64,000 nt of DNA, taken from Octopus bimaculoides (taxonomy: Eukaryota). Where the stretch lies: contig NC_068984.1 of NCBI RefSeq assembly GCF_001194135.2, positions 11,232,707 to 11,296,706 on the forward strand. Reading direction: 5' to 3'. The notes beneath the pieces are model-generated. The model had not been told where the DNA came from and searched no databases. It was given only the letters and a program-made list of their open reading frames with translations. This document shows, piece after piece, positions 40,164 to 50,506 of the stretch (its first letter is position 1; each line of letters starts with the position of its first letter). The position numbers were made by a program, and so were the translations under genes.

Positions 40164-43100
40164 CACCATCACCATTTAACATCAATTTTCCATGCTGGCA
40201 TGGGTTGGACAGTTTGACAGGAGTTGGTAAGGCATGACTTCTATGGTTGGAGATATATATATATATAAATACACACATACACAAACTTCTTTCAGTTTCC
40301 ATCTCCCAAATCGACTCACAAGACTTTGGTCAGCCTAAAGTTATAGTAAAAGACACTTGCCCAAGGTGCCACAGACTGGGATTGAACCTGAAACTATGCA
40401 CCCAGTATAATCTAGAGAGGGGCTTGTGTTAGAATGGCTTCCAGCAGTAGAAACTATGTTGAAATAGAACATACAACATGTGGTCCTCTGGCCTATTTAG
40501 TAGTGCATTCATCATCATCATCATCATCGTTTAATGTCCATTTTCCATGTTGGCATGGGTTGGACAGTTTGACTGAGGTCTGGAGAGCCAGTGGCTGCAC
40601 CAGGCTCCAAGACTATGATAACCCTTCCAACCATGCCACCACAGAAAGCAGACATAAAATGATGACAATTAGTGATGACAGTAATGGAACGATGAGACAG
40701 AACTGTTCCTCAGACAATTTGGCAAAGATAAAAATTCTTACCAGTGGAGAAAGAATATATTTGATTGTAGAGGTCATTACGTCTGTGGTGCCAAACAGGC
40801 ATCTCTAATCGGACATCATGTAATAAATCCATATTGATTTCTGCAGTACATAGCCCTATTCCTTTACTACATTCAGCAATAATGCTTCCCCATGGATCAA
40901 TTACCTGTTGAAAATATGGAGATGTACAAAAATATCACATGACAGTGAGTGCAGAAAAGAATAGGCTTTGAGATTAAAAAATGATGAAGTTATGGAACCC
41001 CGCCTGCCATATGTATGCACACATGCATATCATGACTCATATATAGATCACTTTCCTGATATTTGTACATAATTCTATGCACTGTACATGCACCTTTGAT
41101 AAATTGTAGTGCACCTGAGCACTATAAACAATAATTTCATTATTATGTAGTTTATGAAAGATAAAATGAGTAATATAGGTGGTATGAAGAAGAGTGATGA
41201 CTGGAAGAGGTGGGTTCAAACAGAAGTGGAATGCAGTTAACAAGTCAGTGATGCTGAATAGCGAAAAACAGAAGAAAGTGGGGTGGGTGGGTGCATAATA
41301 TAACAAAGTCTTCTTTTTCTTTTTTTTTTTGTCCACTATAGGTTGATGAATCAGTTAACTCGATGGATTCCTTTTGAATATCTGACACCTTTCAATATAT
41401 TAATAATAGCATACAATTAATCAAAACTGTGCCATTCCAATTCTACCAAAGACATTTTCTAGACAAAGCTAAGAAATAGATTGTTTTGAAAGAGTGGAAC
41501 TCTAAGTTGATAAAGCTACAAATTATCATCAACGTCATCATCTGGTCAAGTTTGCTTGACCATTTTTAACCCATGCATGCTTTCCATCTCAATCCATCAT
41601 TAGTTGAGGGAGGTCTCTGGAGAGGCATCTAGTGTTTATTGTGAGTTGACCTACATAGGTTGTGTTCAGACAACCTGCTCGAGTACGGCCATGCTTTGGC
41701 ATCCATAGCAGTAGATCTCTTGCCAGCAATGTCCTGCAAAGTGCAAGTGCCTTTCCCTTATAATGATGGAAATAGGCAGAAGGTTTTCATACAAAAAGCT
41801 ATAAGTAATAGCATGTAAATATAATAAATAAAAAATAAATATCGCCCTTTTAAAGCCTATCCAGGCTCATGGGCCCAGTTTCCCGGTTTCTATGGTGTAT
41901 GTGTTCCCCCCAGCTGGACGGGACGCCAGTCCATCGCAGCATTACTCAAGGAACAGGAAGAAAGAGTGAGAGAAAGTTGGGGTGAAAGAGTGCAACAGGG
42001 GTCACCACCACCCCCTGCCAGAGCCTCGTGGAGCTTTAGGTGTTTTCGCTCAATAAACACACACAACGCCCAGTCTGGGAATCGAAACCGCGATCCTCCG
42101 ACCACGAGTCCGCTGCCCTAACCACTGGGCCATTGCACCTCCACAGCATGTAAATATAGGGCTACAAAACACTTGGGTAGAAAACTTTGAAGGCTGCTTG
42201 TAAATATAACAGATATTCTAGCATGGACAGCCTTTGATTTCTTTTTATCAAAAAGGATTTTTAAACCAATATTTAAACACTGTCATTCATAGCTTTATCT
42301 ACTTCAAATCCCACCAGTAAAAATGAATTATTTCACGTTTCTTGAAGTTTCTAAATTTTTATGATGTAAACAATGTGTGTGTGTGTGTTGTAAATAAGTG
42401 AGTAGCATGATGGAGAAAAAAAATAACCAGATCAAGGAATTACTGCAGTGTTTTAAAGTCTCTTTATCCCTTTTAAAATAATATTGCCCAAGATATATTT
42501 TCTGATCTGTGGCAAAATGTCCTTAACAAATCAGCCATTTCACTAAGAGATGGTGCCATGCCCATGCTGGTGCCACATAAAAAAGCACCCATGCTGGGGC
42601 CACATATAAAACACCCAAGCTGGTGCCATGTAAAAAGCATCCAATATACTCTATAAAGTGGTTGATGTTAGGAAAGGCATCCAGTCATAGAACCCTTGCC
42701 AAAACAGACAGTTGGAACCTGGTGCAGCTCTCCGTCTGGCCAGCTACTGTAAAATCACCAGCATGGAAAACACCTTAAATGATGATGATGATACAAAATA
42801 CAAAATGGCAGTATATGACTGTAATTATAGAAATACTTTTTTTGCATCTTTTTCTCACCATTGCATGTCCATACGATGAGCGTTTCTTATTATGTCGGCC
42901 AACTTGTGCAGCTGCTATAACATAGCACTGGCTTTCAATGGCACGGCTCCGAAGTAATGACTGGAAATATAAGCAAAACATATTACAGAATACAGTATGT
43001 AGATATATATTCAGACACACACATACAAGGTACAGCAGAAAAATCTGCGGATCTTTTTTAAAACAGGGGCCACATTTTTCATTAATGTTTTACGTAGTGT

Positions 43101-46100
43101 TTTTGGTACCGAAAGGCTTTCAAACTTCGTATACTTATCTATTTTGTGTTATAGAACAGAAAAATATTTTTGTATTCGAATTTATTTCATGTAAAAAATT
43201 GTCTTATTTCGATAATTTCAACCAATCACTGACAAGTATTCAGTTGTTTACATTTACTCCTTTGGCTGATTAAGCGGTGTAAAGCGTATTTAATTTCCAT
43301 AGCTTCGTTTTGCTTTTTTCTTTTTAAATTTGCTGTTTTACCCTAACCCTAACCCTATCACCGATAGAATTGTTTCAGAATCATTTGTTTATGTAGTCGG
43401 CACTTATTGTATATCGGCTGAATGGACGTCAGTGATTGGTTGAAATTACAGAAATACGACAACTTTAACATGGAATAACTTAGGGATTTCTTTTTTTTTT
43501 AAGAAGACTAAAAGAAAAAGATGTTTTATATGACACATTCTACCAGTGTTCCAAGTTTCAAAGTGTTTCGTTAATGAAAAATGTGGCCCCCGTTTTAAAA
43601 ATGATCCAAATCTGCTGTTGAACATTTATCAAGAATGGTAACTCTGGGAGACTTTTTTGCTCCATACCCTGAATACACACATACAAAGCAATAAAAAAAA
43701 ATTTAGAATACAAAATTTCTGAAAGTGGACGGCAAGAACAAGAATAATGTGTTCCAAAGAAAAGAAAATGCATTACAATTACATTGTAACTTTATTTACA
43801 TCTGCCCTCTCCTAGCATATAACCACCTCCCTCAATAGTGCACCCCAATTGTCAAGGGGTTTTAGTCTTGCAAGCTGCAAAGTGACCTCACTAGTGCTGG
43901 TGCCACAAAAAAAAATGCATCAAGCACTCTCTGTAAAGTGGTCGGCATTATGAAGGGCAACTGTGAGGCTGGAGGAACCAGATGGCTAGATAATGAACAG
44001 TCATAGGAACCAAGTGAAGCAAACACTGGAGTATGATGCAGTCCTCAGACCCACCAAATGTTATCAAAACATACAAATCATGCCAGCATGGAAGACAGGT
44101 GTTAAATGAGAGTATAAAATCTTAGGTAAGGTGAGTTAAATGCTGAGAAACAACAACTCAGCCCTTCAGAAATATACAAAATTTAAGATCTGAGTAAATT
44201 GAGCCTTACATGTTCAATTATTGATTCTCATTAGTCACCTTGTTTCAGTTTTGGTTGTACTAAGATCAGATATATTTTTTCTTTTGTCTGATACAACTTC
44301 AATGTTACAAATTACAAGGAGTCTCTCCAACAAAAAAACAAAAAACTGAAGGACGCCTGTTTTCTACTCTTTGATATAATGTTGAGCTATTTCAGTAGCT
44401 TTTGGGAGAAACTGAATAGAGCTGTGCAAGCCAAAAAATAGTTTTTTATCAATGAAATTGCTGGCATTGTTAAGTCCACTTCACAACATTTATCCCTTTA
44501 TACCTCCGACAAATGTCTTCTAATACAAGCACAGGTGAACCCAAAACTTATGAATGAAATTGAATAGACAGAATCAGTGTGGAAGCCTACTGAGTAGAGT
44601 GCACCTGTCCTTGAGTAGCAGACATAAGCTCTTGTCTTGTTTAACATCACTCCTTGGGACTTGTGTGATTTTAGTGAAGTCCACTCTGTTGTAGGCATTC
44701 AGACAAGGTCCCTTGTCTGAGGAAAACTCAACATTTTGATGAACTGCTTCCTACTTTAGTAACCACAAGTTAGGGCTCTATGCTTCTTTTCTCCCACCAG
44801 TCTCCAAAAGTCCTACCAAAGTCCTCTCACTAAGTCACATTTTTAACGATTTTAATTTCACAAAAATTTTACAGAACAAAGCAGTGAATTACAGCACCTT
44901 GGCAATGTTTTCTACCTTCTTTAACCCTTTTGATACCAGTCCACCTACAACCACACCTGATTCTATGATACAAACATCCTGTTTTAAAGTGATCTAAATT
45001 AAAACCATCCTTTAAAAATTTATGTTCCAAACAACAGATTAATAACGACAAAGTTATTTGACTAAATTCTTTATTATTTTCAAAATGAATTGAAACAAAG
45101 GCAGCGTATTCTAACAGAAATAAGGTAAGAAAAGGGTTAATGATGCTTACTTCCCAATGAGCAATACCAGTTGGTTCCATGAAAGCAGAAGGATAAGTTA
45201 ATAATTCTGCACCTTGTCTGGCCAAAATCAAAGCTAATTCTGGGAAACGTAAATCATAACACTCAAAAGAATCAAGGAAAAATAGAATTAGAATTAGTTT
45301 AGGGTCTTGAGGTTCATCATCATCCTTTAACCATTTAACATTTAAAATGGCCATATCCAGCCCAAATATTCTATCAATTTTATGTTCAAACTAGTCAAAT
45401 CTGGCTTCTCATACCCACCCTACAAGGCCATTCTGAAAATAAACAAAGACACATTGAAATCTTTAAACTACAAGATAATGCATAATTAATTCAAAACAAT
45501 GTGAATAAATAAGCATTACATTTGATAAAGTCCACTTTCCATTTTGGCATGGGTTGCACGGTTTGACAGAACCGGGAGAGCAACAGGGCTGCATCAAGCT
45601 CCAATGTCAGTTTTGGAACGGCTTCTATGGCTGGATGTCGTTCCTAATGCCAACCACTTTACAGTGGGTACCGAGTGTTTTGCTCAAGCACTGACTCTTT
45701 CAACAAAATCAAGAAATCATGAATTTTATTATTTTTATTTTTATCTATGTTAGTATAGGTGGAGCGGGTTTCTACCTGCGTACATTTGTACACTGCTAGA
45801 ATAACCGTATTTACTCCACTTACTACACTAACCACTCAGCACATAGCAACATTACTTCTAAGGCGACAAGTATCTGTTATTATGTATATTTACCTAGTGA
45901 TTCATTACTACTTCGGTAAGTACGGTAACGGCTATCACAAGGTTCTAAGGTTAAACTATATATATATCCAGAGTTGTCTCCCATGCTAGCTGAAAGAGTC
46001 AATACAACGTTAGTTCTTAAATGTATTTTCCCTTTTACTCTTTTACTTGTTTCAGTCATTTGACTGCAGCCATGCTGGAGCACCGCCTTTAGTCGAACAA

Positions 46101-49100
46101 ATCGACCCCAGGACTTATTCTTTGTACGCCTAGTACTTATTCTATAGGTTTCTTTTGCCGAACCACTAGGTTACGGGGACGTAAACACACCAGCATCGGT
46201 TGTCAAGCGATGTTGGGGGGACAAACACACAAACATATACACACACACACACACACACACANNNNNNNNNNNNNNNNNNNNNNNNNNNNNNNNNNNNNNN
46301 NNNNNNNNNNNNNNNNNNNNNNNNNNNNNNNNNNNNNNNNNNNNNNNNNNNNNNNNNNNNNNNNNNNNNNNNNNNNNNNNNNNNNNNNNNNNNNNNNNNN
46401 NNNTATATATATATATATATATATATATATGACGGGCTTCTTTCAGTTTCCGTCTACCAAATCCACTCACATGGCTTTGATCGGCCCAAGGCTATAGTAG
46501 AAGACACTTGCCCAAGGGGCCACGCAGTGGGACTGAACCCGGAACCATGTGGTTCGTAAGCAAGCTACTTACCACACAGCCACTCCTACGCCTTGCTAAA
46601 TATATTTTTTTTTAGTTCAGCTTTTTAATGATGCTATTTATACGACAGTGACACATGTTGAAAACTATTGCACAATGTCCAAACAAAATGACAAACACAC
46701 ACACACACATCTACGCGTATGATAAACTTCTGTTTCTGCAAATCAAATCCACTCAAAAAGTGTTGGTCAGCCCAAACCTATTGTAGAAGTCACCCAAGAC
46801 GTTGCACAGTAGGACTAAACCAGAAACCACTATGCATGCTGTATGCATACGTCTGTTACATGTGTGCATGTGCATGCACAGGTACATGCACGTGCATGCA
46901 CAGGTATGTGCATGTGTGAAAGCATGCATTAACACTGCTTGGGTAGCAATATACTTTTTATGTCCTACACAAGCCACAAGTGATGCAGTTTGTCAGTTCA
47001 GTATTCAATGATCAGCGGAACAAAAGTGCAGGGTGGTGGAAATATCACAAAGGGGTCTGAAATAATTTGTTTCTGAGTGTGTTTATATATGAGTACACAT
47101 ATTGACCGCATATATCACAGAGCCTCTCAAAACTAGAGACCATTAATTATTACCCAAGTTTAATAAGTCAAATCACCATGAACCAAAAAACAAGTTCAAC
47201 CCATCAGCAGCTGCCTAACAGATATCATTATACTTTCAACAGCAAAAGGATACAATCCCTAAGCCAACTTTTCCAACAGGTGTCACTACAGGGGGTTTAA
47301 TACATTTGCCAGGTGTTGTATAATCACTCTCATGTAAACTCAAGCCTTTGATGTCTGCATCAAACATATGGATTTTTTCATAGGTTGTAACAACATGGCC
47401 ATCACTGTTGATAATAATATGTGTATTTTTCACAAATTGGTCCGTGTTCTGAAAGTAAAAATGATAAATCTGATAATGTCAAGTTTGTCTTCGTTTCTAC
47501 AAAACAGCAAAAAGGAATTGGAAAGGAATTGAACATAATAAATGGCAAACTCAAGTAAGAAAAAAAAAAGAAAAAAAAAGCCATATGAAGAAAGCTTATC
47601 AAGTCATGCCAAAACCATGAACAGTTGTAGTCGCTATGACTGACTGCAAATAATTATTACTGTTATCACATAGTCAGGGAGAACGAATGACCCTTTATTG
47701 GTTCTTTAAAACTGGTGGCCATGAAGAAGGTATCCTCAAACCAGACAGTGCTTTCAATAGAGCAAACTATTGCCAGATTGGATTGGAGCCTGGTGCAGCC
47801 TTCTGGCTCACCAGCCCTCAATCAAACCGTCAAACCCATGCCAGCATGGAAAGTGGACGTTAAACGACGATGATGACGAAACTCTGCTCAAGGCACCCAA
47901 AGACCAGGTGATGGTGATAAATGGAGTACGCAGGCCATAATAGGATTTGAACTCAGAATCAAGAGAGCTGAAACACATACTGCAAAGAACCTACCTGGTT
48001 TAACACTCAACAATTCCACCAATCCACTACCCTAGACTGGTACTTCACTTACTGACCCATAGACGGATGAAAGACAAAGTTGACCTCTTCAGCATTTGAA
48101 CATAAAATGCAAGGAACCAGAATACAAATCAATTCATCCAATGTTCTAACCATTCTGACTGATTTAGTTCCAACTTAGAATCCATCTATCCATGCAATGC
48201 CTACCTGCACGCATATATACCATAATGCATATCTTCATTTGCACATGCACATATGCATTTGCACATACATGTATGATGTATGTTTTCATTCATACATACA
48301 TGCATACATAATGCATGCATATATGTATTCATTCATTCTTTCTCTCTTTCACTCTCAGAAAATTAACAAAATCTAAAACCCAATGATAGATTGATTACTT
48401 TAATGAAGCCGTTTGCAAAATTCTATTTAAATATCTAATGATACCAGTACAATCATCATCATCAACGTTTAACGTCCGCTTTCCATGCTAGCATGGGTTG
48501 GACGATTTAACTGATCCAGATGGCTACACAAGGCTCCAATCTGATCTGGCAATGTTTCTGCAGTTGGATGCCCTTCCTAATGCCAATCACTCCGAGAGTG
48601 TAGTGGGTGCTTTTACATGCCACCGGCACGAAGGCCAGTCAGGCGGTACTGGCAACGGCCACACTCAAAATGATGTATTTTACGTGCCACCTGCACAGGA
48701 GCCAGTCCAGCGGCACTGGCAATGATCTCGCTCAAATGACTTTTCACAAGCCACCGGCACAAGTGCCAGGAAGGTGACGCTAGTAACGATCACACTGGAA
48801 CAGTGGTGCCGTCACGATTTCGCTTTCGCTCGCAAGCCGAGTTTAGTTCCAATGAAGGAGATGTTGGCATGGGGGCCAGTCACCGAATTTAGTTCGATTT
48901 CGATTTCACTTGCCTCAACAGGTCTTCGCAAGCGGAATTTAGTGTCCAATGAAGGAAGGTACACATAAGTAGGCTGGCTACATCCCTGGCAGAGGCCTTG
49001 GGTTTTGGTCTCACTTAGCTTGCCGGGTCTTCTAGGAACAAGATTACTGATGTCATGGTTTTGATTTCAAATCTCATGACAGTTTATCACATTTCAAACA

Positions 49101-50506
49101 CCAAGCTGATCAGTTAATGTTCTGGCTTATTTACCTAAAGAATTGACAGTTTCTATCCTATTATTAAGTCCTTTATAAAGACACCTTAGGTAATTTAGTC
49201 AAAGAGCATTCTATGATACTGCAAACTAATAGCAGGTATAAACATTTTAACAAAAGTATAATTTTAATTTAAGAAAAGAGAAAAGAAATAACGAGCAAAT
49301 ATATACGTACTTTTTGATGAAATCCACCCAACGACAACCATATTTGTAGTTCTTTAGCAACACCCTTGTATTTAGATACTAAATGACCATCAAGACTCTC
49401 AGATTGTTCCAAAGACTGCTTTATGGATTCTCCAATATAATCAAAACATTCTGGTAAAAATACCATCTGAAATATCAAGAAATATTAAATCAATCAATCA
49501 AAACTTATGTGGGTTAACGAGTTAGAAGGCTTCAGCAGGTTAAATATTTTGTCTCTCATCAGTTATTCTGAAAGTTCAGCATTTTAAAGTTCATACCTAG
49601 TTGTTAATCTACATATCATCATCATCATCATTCGATGTGCACTTTTCCATGCTTGCATGGATTGGAAGGAATTTGAGACAGGTACTCTTCCAGTTGCCAA
49701 CACTCACCTGTTTCCAAGCAGGGTAATATTTTCCCAAGGGCAGACATGTTCTCATGGTGTATTGGAAATGAATGACACTGCTTGTATGACAGTGATACTC
49801 ATTTACAATTATCACAAGACAAGGAAAGACACACAAATACATACATACATATATACATACGTACGCACGTATGTACATGCCAGTGGCATGTAAAAAGCAC
49901 CCGCTACACTCTCAGAGTGCTTGGTGTCAGGGCATCCAGCTGTAGAAACCTTACCAGATCAGATTGGAACTTGGTGCAGCCTTCTGGCTTGCCAGTTCTC
50001 AGTCAAACTGTCCAACCTGCGCCAGCATAGAAAGCGGACATTAAACAATGACAATGGTGATGGCTTCTTTCAGTTTCCATCTACAAAATTCACTCACAAG
50101 GCATCAGTCAGTTTGGAGCTGTAGTAGAAGGCATTTGCCCAAGGTATCACACAATGGGACTGAGCAACTAAACCCAAAACCATCAAGTCACAAAGTGAAC
50201 TTCTCAATCCCACAGCTATGCCTGCACCTACTTTGTTCTTTAGCCATTGGAGAAGAAAAGCAACTGTGGTTTTAAGACATCTATATTCAAATAGTTACAT
50301 AATGCTTTCATACACCTACCTGTACTCCTTGAGATTTGGCCTTCTCAATAAGCGATCTGCAAACAGAAAAGTTCTCTTCTTTATCCGCAGACGATGTTAA
50401 CTGGCACACAGCTATACGTGGGTGTTGTTTACCAACTTTTTCCACAATGCTAGACATCTTGCGTAAATGATGTCTACACCCAGTTGAAGCAGTACGGACA
50501 ACTAAC
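29136..50506 (-). CDS. NitFhit: NitFhit fusion protein (Nit1-type deaminated-glutathione amidase domain + Fhit dinucleoside-triphosphate hydrolase domain); complement(join(29136..29231,34456..34524,36531..36706,37052..37177,40742..40904,42859..42960,45151..45261,47254..47448,49311..49466,50320..50506)); first exon not firmly located
   Basis: Ten exons give one continuous stop-free frame with matching phases. The nitrilase triad E (FLPECF), K (YEKIH) and C (CYDLRFPE) and the HIT motif HVHVH are present. Length is about 443 aa from the Met at 50457. Confidence 0.95.
29553..29781. mobile_element. hAT (Charlie-like) MITE
   Basis: TIRs cagtggttctca / tgagaaccacta. 8-bp TSD gtatagct / gtatagat. 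Confidence 0.85.
29794..30149 (+). mobile_element. tRNA-derived SINE, head D + tail X
   Basis: Head gtggaggtgcaatggtccagtggttagg and tail ctgtggagtggtccgccacttgcacgttaatttcacg. Near-identical to 62909-63230. Confidence 0.85.
31255..31430. mobile_element. piggyBac-like MITE family F, partial
   Basis: cccaaatattctacccgttttatgttcaaa...ccctacaatgtcattctaaaa is shared with 34606-34834 and 45327-45530. Confidence 0.65.
31728..31890 (+). repeat. Family C repeat with (GAT)n tail
   Basis: gagtggttggcgttaggaagggcatccagctgtag...gcggacgttaaacgatgatgat. Confidence 0.85.
32390..33200 (+). mobile_element. LINE RT remnant
   Basis: Degenerate RT N-terminal motifs ([24 protein letters not shown]). Confidence 0.65.
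33990..34375 (-). mobile_element. Non-LTR retrotransposon remnant with restriction-like endonuclease (RLE) domain
   Basis: NRP..V..., [42 protein letters not shown] is a PD-(D/E)xK RLE signature. Confidence 0.8.
34456..34524 (-). CDS. NitFhit: NitFhit exon with histidine triad ([23 protein letters not shown])
   Basis: ttgttgcag| and |gtaaat. The HxHxH HIT motif and NDxIY are present. Confidence 0.96.
34606..34834. mobile_element. piggyBac-like MITE family F
   Basis: Ends ttaaccattt... and ...taaagggtcaa (degenerate TTAA-CCC / GGG-TTAA). Confidence 0.7.
36531..36706 (-). CDS. NitFhit: NitFhit exon, Fhit core ([10 protein letters not shown]...[18 protein letters not shown])
   Basis: 58 full codons after the split His codon. 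The QDGxEAGQ motif is present, donor gtaaga. Confidence 0.95.
36707..37051 (-). other. U12-type (minor spliceosome) GT-AG intron in the Fhit domain
   Basis: 5' splice site GTATCCTTT (37051-37043). Branch-like TTTTCTTAAC (36727-36718) lies about 11 nt from the exon. The intron is 345 nt. Confidence 0.88.
37052..37177 (-). CDS. NitFhit: NitFhit exon, linker and start of Fhit domain ([43 protein letters not shown])
   Basis: ttttcactag| with phase-1 entry matching the Nit exon. [13 protein letters not shown] resembles FHIT SFALVNRKPVVPG. It ends at the U12 donor GTATCCTTT. Confidence 0.94.
37990..38335 (-). repeat. Family C repeat, long copy
   Basis: ttccatgctgacatgtgttgga...ctacagctggatgc core. 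Confidence 0.7.
38705..38897. mobile_element. Tigger-like MITE
   Basis: TIRs tacagtaatccctc / gaaggattactgtg. Confidence 0.7.
39170..39385 (-). mobile_element. SINE family A
   Basis: ggatgaaaggcaaagtcaacctcggcagaatttgaactcagaac (reverse complement of the core). Confidence 0.8.
40742..40904 (-). CDS. NitFhit: NitFhit exon, end of Nit domain ([54 protein letters not shown])
   Basis: ttcaacag| acceptor. There is no stop after RRNDLY, and the exon ends at a phase-1 donor G|gtaaga. Confidence 0.94.
41824..42144 (-). mobile_element. tRNA-derived SINE, head D + tail Y, young insertion
   Basis: Perfect 14-bp TSD agcatgtaaatata (41810-41823 and 42145-42158). The head matches 62909 and the tail is gcgatggactggcgtcccgtccag. 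Confidence 0.88.
42859..42960 (-). CDS. NitFhit: NitFhit exon ([34 protein letters not shown])
   Basis: tttccag| and |gtgaga. It follows the Nit1 pattern LLRARAIETQCYVVAAAQ. Confidence 0.96.
43020..43680. mobile_element. Non-autonomous TIR DNA element containing a (CCCTAA)n motif
   Basis: Inverted subterminal repeats tttaaaacaggggccacatttttcattaa (~43060) and ttaatgaaaaatgtggcccccgttttaaaa (~43575). Confidence 0.55.
44921..45140. mobile_element. piggyBac-like MITE
   Basis: TTAA-CCCTTT...AAAGGG-TTAA ends (TTAA target duplication). Confidence 0.85.
45151..45261 (-). CDS. NitFhit: NitFhit exon with catalytic Cys ([37 protein letters not shown])
   Basis: 37 codons carrying the CYDLRFPE nucleophile motif, donor gtaagc. 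Confidence 0.96.
45327..45530. mobile_element. piggyBac-like MITE family F
   Basis: It starts tttaaccatttaacattt and matches 34606-34834 in the opposite orientation. Confidence 0.7.
46040..46590 (-). mobile_element. SINE family B (gcttcccaacc...ccttgggcaagtgtcttc head, CA/TA microsatellite middle, cagtcaaatgactgaaacaag tail), interrupted by a gap
   Basis: The same structure occurs at 5220-5510 (+) and 37330-37715 (-). Head-only copies lie at ~39660-39820, 40270-40400, 50060-50225, 51930-52050, 53460-53620 and 55305-55440. Confidence 0.8.
46262..46403. other. Assembly gap (N run)
   Basis: Run of N between (CA)n and (TA)n. Confidence 0.99.
47254..47448 (-). CDS. NitFhit: NitFhit exon with catalytic Lys ([30 protein letters not shown]...[10 protein letters not shown])
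   Basis: actttcag| acceptor, 65 codons, ending at the U12-type donor GTATCCTTT. Confidence 0.95.
48455..48990 (-). repeat. Family C repeat, long copy with internal subrepeats
   Basis: (ATC)n end, with repeated tttacgtgccaccggcac-like units. Confidence 0.8.
49311..49466 (-). CDS. NitFhit: NitFhit exon with catalytic Glu ([12 protein letters not shown]...[11 protein letters not shown])
   Basis: tttcag| and |gtacgt, 52 codons. FLPExFD and WLSLGGFH are Nit1 motifs. Confidence 0.95.
50320..50506 (-). CDS. NitFhit: NitFhit exon: presequence-like segment, internal Met and Nit N-terminus ([62 protein letters not shown])
   Basis: tttcag| acceptor and |gtaggt donor. IAVCQLTS resembles the Nit1 VAVCQVTS motif. 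Confidence 0.92.

Larger units (their letters stand above)
45262..47253 (-). other. U12-type (minor spliceosome) GT-AG intron in the Nit domain
   Basis: 5' splice site GTATCCTTT (47253-47245). Branch site TTCCTTGAT (45279-45271) ends 9 nt before the exon. There is no long polypyrimidine tract between branch site and AG. Confidence 0.88.

Noticed and set aside
43331-43352. (CCCTAA)n as a true telomere or interstitial telomeric array
   Set aside because: Only 2-3 units, embedded in a TIR element.
46171-46559. ORFs spanning the second gap
   Set aside because: Microsatellite, N run and SINE sequence.
48590-48830. CRISPR-like repeat-spacer appearance of the TTTACGTGCCACC units
   Set aside because: Eukaryotic context, degenerate repeats, mutually similar 'spacers', no cas genes, and the units are part of a dispersed repeat family.
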